Assembly (NCBI GenBank): GCA_964522245.1
Contig: CAZFUR010000014.1
Coordinates: 1 to 13,239, forward strand
Direction of reading: 5' to 3'
Length of the DNA: 13,239 nucleotides
From: an uncultured bacterium
GTDB lineage: Bacteria > Auribacterota > Auribacteria > Auribacterales > Auribacteraceae
Numbering within the stretch: position 1 is the first letter of the stretch; every line of letters begins with the position of its first letter. Of this stretch, positions 6,635 through 13,239 are shown piece by piece. Made by a program: the position numbers and the translations under genes. The notes under the pieces were generated by a model. It did no database searches and was not told where the DNA came from. It saw nothing but the letters and a program-made list of their open reading frames with translations.

Positions 6635-7604
6635 CATATCGCCTGAAGAGAGGCTTTTGAGGTTAATAAAAGAGGGCAGTGCGCCTGATGATAAAGGTAA
6701 AGCGTCTTCAGGGGATAAGTCTGTCGAGATGTCCGGCGAAAACCGATCTAAAAAGACGATCAATGAGAAATCTGTCGATAAGAAAACCGTCAAAAAAGTT
6801 GTCATTTCGCCAAAATCGTCACAAAAAGTAACAAAAAGCGATGTTTCCAAAGAAAATCCCGAATCCGATTCGAAGACAAAAAAGAAACCTAGGGTTCAGG
6901 GGGTGGATAAATCGAAACAGCCTGTTTTAGATAAATTGATGACGGAAAAAAACGATAAACTTGTGCAAAAATCTCCTAAAAAGTCTGCAAAAGTCTCTAA
7001 AGAGCAGACGACTCTTCCTAAGCAACCTGTCGGGCAGACGGTTCCTAATGGAGAAGAGGATAAACCGAGAAAATCTTTTAATTTTGTCGATCAGGTCAAC
7101 TGGTTTTTTTCGGGGTTCAACTTTTTTAATTATCTGTTGTTGGGTGTTTTTATCTGTGTGTTGTTCTTCTCGATATGGCATATCTATCGCGCGCCCAAGC
7201 TGGAGGCGGATCTCCCTGAGATAGTCTCCGTCGAAAGTACTGATCAATCGCAAACGGATTCTGTAGGACCGGTTGCAAAACCGTTTCCATACTATATTGA
7301 GCAGATAGGGCGTAAAAAATTGTTTAAACTTATCGCTCCGCCGCCTCCGCCGAAACCGAGGGTTCCGGCCAGAAGAGAAAAGAAAAAACCTAAAGTCGAT
7401 ATAGAAAAGAAAACGAGACATCTCGTTTTACAGGGTATCGTGTATGATATTGGACCGCCGCAGGCGATTATCTTCAACAAAAAAGAAAACAAAACCATTT
7501 TTGCCGGTAACAATACGATGATAGGCGATATCAAAGTCAAAGAAATTAAACGTGGTAAAATTATACTTGAGTTTGAGGGTCAGACTCAGGAAATGTCTTT
7601 TTAA
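6624..7604 (+). CDS. bitopic inner-membrane protein: Lys-rich disordered cytoplasmic N-terminus, single TM, poly-Pro linker, C-terminal PilP / GspC-HR (GspB/ExeB-like) secretin-interaction domain
   Basis: The ATG at 6624 has an AGAGGA Shine-Dalgarno element; the track's 6615 start is in-frame 9 nt upstream. Residues ~20-160 are K/S/D-rich and low-complexity. One TM (NFFNYLLLGVFICVLFFSIWHIY). Linker APPPPPKPRVPARREKKKPK. The C-terminus (LVLQGIVYDIGPPQAIIFNKKENKTIFAGNNTMIGDIKVKEIKRGKIILEFEGQ) resembles the beta-sandwich HR domain of GspC/PilP/ExeB. Overlaps the ExeA-like gene by ~11-20 nt. Confidence 0.6.
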   Translation: MPDDISPEERLLRLIKEGSAPDDKGKASSGDKSVEMSGENRSKKTINEKSVDKKTVKKVVISPKSSQKVTKSDVSKENPESDSKTKKKPRVQGVDKSKQPVLDKLMTEKNDKLVQKSPKKSAKVSKEQTTLPKQPVGQTVPNGEEDKPRKSFNFVDQVNWFFSGFNFFNYLLLGVFICVLFFSIWHIYRAPKLEADLPEIVSVESTDQSQTDSVGPVAKPFPYYIEQIGRKKLFKLIAPPPPPKPRVPARREKKKPKVDIEKKTRHLVLQGIVYDIGPPQAIIFNKKENKTIFAGNNTMIGDIKVKEIKRGKIILEFEGQTQEMSF

Positions 7605-7622
7605 GACAAGAGGGGATAACTT

Positions 7623-9677
7623 ATGAAAAAATATCTGTCATTACTGTCTGTTGTGATAATCACCTTTTATTTTGGGATTTTATGGTTGTACGCTCAACCT
7701 GTCCCCAACAGAAAAAAAGTCCCAAGAGCGAAACAAGGTATGGAATATATGAACCAGGCAAGCAAAAATGTTATGACCGGTGTCGAATCCAAGAAGGCTC
7801 TTGCCGAGAAAGCGAAAGAGGACGATGGACAGACGATATCGTTGGAACTGAGAAACATAAATATCGTCGATATACTGAAAATATTGTCTCAAACGGGTGG
7901 TATCAATATTGTAGCCGGACCGAGTGTGCGTGGCAACACGACAATTTTTCTGGAAGACGTGAATGTCTGGGATGCTTTAAGGATCATCTTAGAAATCAAT
8001 AAATTGGCGTATATTCAAGACGGGGATATTCTTAAAGTCATCACGGAAAAAGAGTACGAGCAAATGTACGGTGTTCCGTTTCATAATACGGCTCAGACAA
8101 AGGTTTTTAAACTAAAACATGCTAGAGCGGAAGACGTGAACAGTGCTTTAGGTTCTATAAAAAGCACAAAAGGAAAAATCATAATAGATGAGCGAACCAA
8201 TACTTTGATTGTGATCGATACACCTGATGCGATGAAAGGTATTGTGGAGGTGATAGAGGAGTTGGATGTGCTTGTTGAGACACGTATCTATCAGTTAAAA
8301 TACACGACTCCTGATATTATAGAGGATATCGCCAAAGATATTATCACCAAAAAAGGTTTTATGCAGGTCGATCCTCAGACGAATAAGATTATTATTACCG
8401 ATACGGTCGAATCGTTGAATTTTATCGATCAAATCGTCAAAGAGTACGATCAAAAACCGTTTACGGAGACCCGTACGGTTTATCTGAGTTTCGCCTCTTA
8501 CGAAGATATAGAGCCGAAGATAAAAGACTTGCTCACCAAAGAGGTCGGTTTAGTGATAACCGATAAACGTACGAATGCTTTGGTTATAACAGATTACCCT
8601 GACAAAATAGATGATATCGTAAGTGTTATTAAAACACTGGATACAATTCACAAGCAGGTACTTATAGATTGTAAACTTGTTAACGTTATTCTTAATGATA
8701 ATTTTGCTATGGGCATAGATTTTGAACAACTTATAGCTAGTAGCAATGGAACTGCTATGGGATATGAACATCAATTTGGGGCGGCAATCGGTGATGGGCA
8801 GGTATTTCCCGTGCCCGGAGAAGGAACTACGGGGGCATTGACAACAAGTAATATCCGAGGATTCAATAGTACAGGCGGTGGAACGGGTGGTGTTTTTTCT
8901 TTTGGCAAGGTAGATGAATTTAGATCTGTTTTGCGTTTATTAAAAAGAGTAGGCAAAACCAAATTGTTATCGGAGCCAAGGATCACCGTAATGAACAATG
9001 AGGAAGCACAGATACAGGTTGGAACTGATGAGCCTTTTGTGACAAGTTCAACTACGGTAAATTCCAGTATCTCGTCTACGGCTGAGGATATACAGTTTAT
9101 AGATGTCGGGGTTCTTTTGAGTGTGACCCCGACCATCAATAATAATGGGTACATTACCATGAAGATTAAACCGGAGGTCAGTCAGGTTTCGAGAACTGTA
9201 TTGACGTCTAAATCCAACACTATTCCTGTTGTACAGACTTCGGAACTTGAGACGACGGTTATGGTTAAAAGCGAGACGACGATTGTTTTAGGCGGTTTAA
9301 TTCGGGAGAATAGGACTAAAACAGTCGATAAGTTACCGATTATAGGAAGTATTCCGATTTTGGGTATTCCTTTTCGCAGTACACAGACAAATGTCAGGCA
9401 AGAGGAGTTGTTGATTTTTTTGACCCCTAAAACAATTTCGGGTGAAAAAGATATGTTGGGAGAAGAATACTCTAGGGCATTTTCTAGAGAATTTTTACAT
9501 GGTATCAACAGACTGGAGAAAATGAACGAACAGAAGTATCATAAATATCTGAGAGATCAGAAGACGGAAGATAAGACAGGCAGTATAAAAAGAGATGCTG
9601 AATTTTTAAAAGAACAACGTAAACAAGAGAAAAAAGAACAGAAAAAACGTAAAAAATTATTTTTTGGTATTTTTTAA
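7623..9677 (+). CDS. secretin (PilQ/GspD family) with signal peptide, an N0-like domain, three secretin_N-like repeats, a secretin C-domain and an unusual K/E-rich C-terminal tail
   Basis: Signal peptide MKKYLSLLSVVIITFYFGILWLYA. N0-like domain (TISLELRNINIVDILKILSQTGGINIVAGPSVRGNTTIFLEDVNVWDALRIIL). Three repeats of the VxLKxxxAxDV...TNxLIVxDTPD type. Canonical secretin motifs LLSEPRITVMNNEEAQIQVG and TTIVLGGLIRE...LPIIGSIPILGIPFR. Strong AGAGGGG Shine-Dalgarno element before the ATG. Confidence 0.9.
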   Translation: MKKYLSLLSVVIITFYFGILWLYAQPVPNRKKVPRAKQGMEYMNQASKNVMTGVESKKALAEKAKEDDGQTISLELRNINIVDILKILSQTGGINIVAGPSVRGNTTIFLEDVNVWDALRIILEINKLAYIQDGDILKVITEKEYEQMYGVPFHNTAQTKVFKLKHARAEDVNSALGSIKSTKGKIIIDERTNTLIVIDTPDAMKGIVEVIEELDVLVETRIYQLKYTTPDIIEDIAKDIITKKGFMQVDPQTNKIIITDTVESLNFIDQIVKEYDQKPFTETRTVYLSFASYEDIEPKIKDLLTKEVGLVITDKRTNALVITDYPDKIDDIVSVIKTLDTIHKQVLIDCKLVNVILNDNFAMGIDFEQLIASSNGTAMGYEHQFGAAIGDGQVFPVPGEGTTGALTTSNIRGFNSTGGGTGGVFSFGKVDEFRSVLRLLKRVGKTKLLSEPRITVMNNEEAQIQVGTDEPFVTSSTTVNSSISSTAEDIQFIDVGVLLSVTPTINNNGYITMKIKPEVSQVSRTVLTSKSNTIPVVQTSELETTVMVKSETTIVLGGLIRENRTKTVDKLPIIGSIPILGIPFRSTQTNVRQEELLIFLTPKTISGEKDMLGEEYSRAFSREFLHGINRLEKMNEQKYHKYLRDQKTEDKTGSIKRDAEFLKEQRKQEKKEQKKRKKLFFGIF

Positions 9678-11948
9678 AGATATTTTTCTTACCAATAACA
9701 GGAGCAAAAAAAGACCCAATCCTATGAATGTTATGTTTTTACCCAAAAGATACGATTTTGGACGGTAAATAAATTGTATTTCGTGATTACCTGAGTTTAG
9801 GCGTAACCCTCTAAAAAGATTTTTAACGGCGATCAGATCAGTCTCGACGCCGTCTACTTGAACTTTCCAACCCGGATAAAAGATCTCGCTTGTCAGAAGG
9901 TATGCGGGTTTATCGGATTCCGTCAGAAAAATAATTTTATTCGGTTCATAGGTTTTGATTTGTGCGGGTATAATCTGTTGTGCGGGGTTTTTTGTTATAT
10001 CGTCCCAGACAAAATCGATTGATTCGTTATCTTTTATTTCCACCAAGAACCCTCGTGGTAGGACTTCTATGTTTCTGTACAGATAAGTTTTAGCTTTAAA
10101 TGGCGACGGTATTTTTTTTATAAATTCGTAGGTCCCGTAATAGTTTTCTATATCTGGGTTGCTTAGTTGGGTTACTTCTTCTTTCACCATAAAACTGTTT
10201 TTCATTTCGAATGTGGTGAATATATATTTGACGTTCAGGAAATTTAATAGAGCGAAATTAATTTTGTCGTCTTTTAGGTTAAATAGCGGGAAAAAACTGG
10301 GGGTTTTGTTTTGTGTGGGGTTGTCTTGCCGTATGGAGTTTACATAATCCAGATATTTTTTTAGCATTACCGGTTCATCACCTCCGATTTGCTGAATATC
10401 GCATATTTCACCTAGGTATTGAGGTAACGCGCCTACGGTATCGAATACTCTGTAAGTCGTATTATCATTGACCAAATTGTTATAGATGGAAGATTGAGGC
10501 ATTATTTTTGTCAGTGGTTTTGTGGTGATAAGGGGGAGTGCTAAAGACGCTAAATCAAATAAAGTTACAAGTAGGATAGATGATATAAAAACAGGTTTAT
10601 TCACATACCCTTTGCGCCAAGTATACAAAAGGACACACAATACAAAAAGCAAGATTATCGGTTTAGTCGCACTCGGTATGGCGATTTTAAAAATATAGAA
10701 TAGAATCTCGTTGGAGACGATAAATATAATCGTGACTATGGTCAGGATACGGATCAAAAGATTGATTTTTTGGTCGTAACGGTTATCGATAATATTCTGG
10801 AAGGCGAAAGCGGATAAGATAGATATGGCGAATCCTGAAAAGAAGTATATTCTTGCGGGGCATCGGAAAAATTTCACACCCGGTATCAGATGGTAACACA
10901 GTTTAAAAAACAGACCGTTTGATCCCATAGAAAACAGTAGAGTCGATAAAAAGAGAATAAGAAAGAATCTCCAGTGTGGTCTTTGTTTAGCTCTGTAGCT
11001 CAGAAAACTTAGAAAGAAAGGTATAATCCCCACATAAATAGCTGTTTCCCAGAAAAAACCGTTTTTAATGTTTGAACCCGGTTCGGGAATAAGATAAAAA
11101 TGGGGGTATATGAATGTTACAAGATGTTTCCATTGCAAGGACAGTGTGTTTGCGAAATCTAAATCTGTTCCGCCTGCGCGAGTGAAAGCGTTTGTCAGTT
11201 CCAGTATGGGCAGAAGAGATATCGCGGTAAAAATGAATACGAAAAAACCGCATATGATGTATCCGATAATCACCCCTACGATGCTTTTGTTATCTTTTGC
11301 GAAAGTAAGAAATATCAGGTAGACGGTTCCCACGATAAAATGATAGTAGAAGATTTGAGGGTGACTGCACAAAAATATGAACGATAGACATATCGCCAGC
11401 CATATCATTGTTTTGAAGTTTCGTTCCGTCACAAAAAATTCAATAGCGATAAAAAGCCATGGTATATATGCGACCGAACAGATTATGTTCAGATGTCCCG
11501 CAAACAAATGCCCCATGACCTTAAAATTCAGGACAAAAACAATCGATGCCAAAAGCGACGCGCTAAACCCTAGCTTGCGGATTTTTGAGTATAGGAACAT
11601 TCCGCAACCTGCGAAAATAAGGTGTATGGTGAAAAGTATGGTTATACAGTAATGGACGGGGATTAGATAAAACAGCCAGTTTAGCGGATAAAACATAGTT
11701 GATTGTGGGTTTCCTACAAACGGAACACCTGAATAGATCAGCGGATTCCATAAAGGAAGTTCGCCAAAGTTATATAACGAGTTGACTGTGAACGATTTTA
11801 GAAAATACCATACATGTATTACGTCGGAAAAATTTAAAATATTCTCAGGTGCGCACAAAGGTTTTATAAAAAAAAGTATCCCTGATATAAAAATTAAGAT
11901 GAAAGCGAAAATTATCGGTGGCCAGTCTAGACCTGTTTTTTTTAACAT
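9657..11948 (-). CDS. YfhO-family (GT-C-like) polytopic membrane protein, putative membrane glycosyltransferase
   Basis: ~12-14 TM helices over the N-terminal ~480 aa, then a soluble domain and a final C-terminal TM. The C-terminal block FYPGWKVQVDGVETDLIAVKNLFRGLRLNSGNHEIQFIYRPKS matches the conserved YfhO family C-terminus (FYPGWKAxVDGK...AN..F.GV.VP.G.H.VEF.Y.P). The track begins at a GTG at 11963, but the ATG at 11948 (MLKKTG...) is more plausible. The 3' end overlaps the secretin's 3' end by 21 bp (convergent). Confidence 0.6.
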   Translation of the reverse strand: MLKKTGLDWPPIIFAFILIFISGILFFIKPLCAPENILNFSDVIHVWYFLKSFTVNSLYNFGELPLWNPLIYSGVPFVGNPQSTMFYPLNWLFYLIPVHYCITILFTIHLIFAGCGMFLYSKIRKLGFSASLLASIVFVLNFKVMGHLFAGHLNIICSVAYIPWLFIAIEFFVTERNFKTMIWLAICLSFIFLCSHPQIFYYHFIVGTVYLIFLTFAKDNKSIVGVIIGYIICGFFVFIFTAISLLPILELTNAFTRAGGTDLDFANTLSLQWKHLVTFIYPHFYLIPEPGSNIKNGFFWETAIYVGIIPFFLSFLSYRAKQRPHWRFFLILFLSTLLFSMGSNGLFFKLCYHLIPGVKFFRCPARIYFFSGFAISILSAFAFQNIIDNRYDQKINLLIRILTIVTIIFIVSNEILFYIFKIAIPSATKPIILLFVLCVLLYTWRKGYVNKPVFISSILLVTLFDLASLALPLITTKPLTKIMPQSSIYNNLVNDNTTYRVFDTVGALPQYLGEICDIQQIGGDEPVMLKKYLDYVNSIRQDNPTQNKTPSFFPLFNLKDDKINFALLNFLNVKYIFTTFEMKNSFMVKEEVTQLSNPDIENYYGTYEFIKKIPSPFKAKTYLYRNIEVLPRGFLVEIKDNESIDFVWDDITKNPAQQIIPAQIKTYEPNKIIFLTESDKPAYLLTSEIFYPGWKVQVDGVETDLIAVKNLFRGLRLNSGNHEIQFIYRPKSYLLGKNITFIGLGLFLLLLLVRKISLKNTKK

Positions 11949-12052
11949 AACAAATATCTTCACTTGTTGGAACTTATGTACAAAGTATATCTGTTAATCT
12001 ATCACATTTGGCGATATTTTCCAGAAAAAGATCATTTTGATGCCTATAATAG

Positions 12053-13150
12053 TTAGCCGAGGATTCGTTTGGATTCGTCCAGAAAAATCCCTTTAAGGTT
12101 CATTGTCAGCGATTCGGGATTGGTCGAGACTTGCAAAGCCGTCTCTTCAGTTATTATGTTTGTCTGCACAAGTTTTAAAAGCGACTGGTTGAATGTCTGC
12201 ATACCGATATCCTGACTGGTTTCTATGACATCGTTGAGTCTGCTTATATCGTTCTCGTGGATCATTTTGCGTACGGTTGGCGACCCGAGCATAATTTCTA
12301 TTGCGGGGATCATCCCTACACCGCTTGCGCGTTTGATTAATCTCTGACAGATTACCGCCTCTAAAGTAGACGATAGTTGTGCCCGCACATGGTGGCGTTC
12401 ATCCGACGGGAAAAACTCCATGATACGGTTTATACATTGAGATGCGGTGTCTATATGCAGTGTGGTCAGAACAAGGTGTCCTGTTTCTGCGGCGGCAACT
12501 GCGGCGGTGAAACTACTGCAATCGCGCATCTCGCCTATCATTATCACATCGGGGTCTTGTCTAAGTACATGTTTAAGACCTGTCTGAAAACTTTCCGTAT
12601 CGATTCCGACTTCTCTTTGGTTGATGATAGATTTTTTGTCCGTGTGAACAAATTCGATCGGGTCTTCTATGGTTACGATATGTTTGCTGGCTTGGCAATT
12701 GATATAATCGATCATGGCGGCTTGGGTTGTCGATTTACCGTTACCGGTTGCGCCGCTGACGATGATGATTCCGCTTCGTGTCATGGATATGTTTTTTAAA
12801 GAGGCGGGTAGCCCAAGTTCATCAAAAGAAGGTATTTTTGTTTTTACATAACGTATGGCGATAGAAATTAGTCCTTGTTGAAAAAAAGCGTTTGTGCGGA
12901 ATCGTCCCACGTTTTCCATAGAGAACGCAAAATCGGATTCTCTTGACCTGATAAAATGTTCTTTTTGTTGTTCGTTCATTATTTCGTCGATTATCATCAA
13001 CAGGTCGTCTTCGGTTAGAGGGGGCAGGTCTGTCTCTATCAGTGTACCTTGAATTCTATATATTGGTGGACGGTTAGTTTTTATATGCAGGTCGGACGCT
13101 TCATTTTTTACCATCTCGCACAACAATGCTTTCATGAGTGAATCGGACAT
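12053..13150 (-). CDS. pilT: type IV pilus retraction ATPase PilT
   Basis: 365 aa with near-canonical PilT motifs: ASDLHI, IIIVSGATGNGKSTT (Walker A), HIVTIEDPIEFVH, INQREVG.DT.SF, LRQDPDVIMIGEMRD (Asp box/Walker B), AAAETGHLVLTTLHIDTA (His box), GMQTFNQSL. Strong GGGGAGAAG Shine-Dalgarno element upstream of the ATG at 13148-13150. Confidence 0.9.
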   Translation of the reverse strand: MSDSLMKALLCEMVKNEASDLHIKTNRPPIYRIQGTLIETDLPPLTEDDLLMIIDEIMNEQQKEHFIRSRESDFAFSMENVGRFRTNAFFQQGLISIAIRYVKTKIPSFDELGLPASLKNISMTRSGIIIVSGATGNGKSTTQAAMIDYINCQASKHIVTIEDPIEFVHTDKKSIINQREVGIDTESFQTGLKHVLRQDPDVIMIGEMRDCSSFTAAVAAAETGHLVLTTLHIDTASQCINRIMEFFPSDERHHVRAQLSSTLEAVICQRLIKRASGVGMIPAIEIMLGSPTVRKMIHENDISRLNDVIETSQDIGMQTFNQSLLKLVQTNIITEETALQVSTNPESLTMNLKGIFLDESKRILG

Positions 13151-13166
13151 AATATCTTCTCCCCGC

Positions 13167-13183
13167 GGGTAAAACGATTACCC
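13167..13183. other. short perfect inverted repeat GGGTAA-aacga-TTACCC just upstream of the pilT Shine-Dalgarno element
   Basis: Read directly from the sequence: 6-bp arms and a 5-nt spacer. Its function is unknown; it could be a 5'-UTR hairpin, an operator, or chance. Confidence 0.2.
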
Positions 13184-13239
13184 CTAGTTCGGTGTTTTCA
13201 AATATTTACATTAGATATTAACGACCGGATTGCGGAATA

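Noticed and set aside
6927-7540. Minus-strand ORFs of 164 and 82 aa, including a GGGGG run
   Set aside because: They are antisense to the Lys-rich and poly-Pro region of the PilP-like gene. The poly-Gly is the reverse complement of the poly-Pro codons. No independent support.
8550-9508. Three minus-strand ORFs (74, 129 and 108 aa) inside the secretin gene
   Set aside because: They are antisense shadows of a strongly supported secretin CDS. The 129-aa one is Pro/Val-rich simply because it is the reverse complement of the Gly/Thr-rich gate region.
12018-12031. TTTTCcaGAAAA mini-palindrome downstream of pilT
   Set aside because: It is AT-only, has a 5-bp stem and a 2-nt loop, and is not a credible intrinsic terminator. 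It occurs by chance in AT-rich intergenic DNA.
12377-12799. 140-aa Cys/Gly-rich plus-strand ORF
   Set aside because: It runs antisense to the highly conserved core of pilT (Walker A through the His box). Its composition bias is a mirror image of the coding strand.
1-13239. Search for CRISPR repeats, tRNA or rRNA, IS or transposase ends, and integrase genes
   Set aside because: I found no direct-repeat arrays, cloverleaf-like conserved tRNA boxes, terminal inverted repeats or recombinase motifs by inspection. The window appears to be ordinary chromosomal coding DNA rather than a mobile element.

Overview
This ~13.2 kb window is low-GC (roughly 38-40% by eye), densely coding bacterial DNA with no rRNA/tRNA, CRISPR or transposase signatures. 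It holds three blocks. (1) A tightly packed minus-strand operon at 56..5310: a ~560-aa orphan protein, a 4-oxalocrotonate-tautomerase-family protein, a YjbQ/UPF0047 protein, a polytopic (ABC-2-permease-like) membrane protein, and an unusual SPFH/band-7 (HflK/C-like) protein fused to a large multi-TM N-terminal domain. (2) A divergent plus-strand secretin module at 5538..9677: a short MerR-type HTH regulator translationally coupled to an ExeA/GspA/MshM-like AAA+ ATPase that lacks a periplasmic peptidoglycan-binding domain, then a bitopic protein with a lysine-rich disordered N-terminus, a poly-proline linker and a PilP/GspC-HR-like periplasmic domain, then a PilQ/GspD-family secretin with an atypical K/E-rich C-terminal tail. 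(3) On the minus strand at 9657..13150, a YfhO-family (GT-C-like) polytopic membrane protein converging on and overlapping the secretin's 3' end, and a clear PilT retraction ATPase. The points most worth follow-up are the stand-alone GspA/GspB-like + secretin module (no PilM/N/O, MerR-coupled), the SPFH-polytopic fusion coupled to a second membrane protein, and the uncharacterised 560-aa protein heading the small-enzyme operon. Every family assignment rests on motif recognition by eye and needs HMM/structure confirmation.
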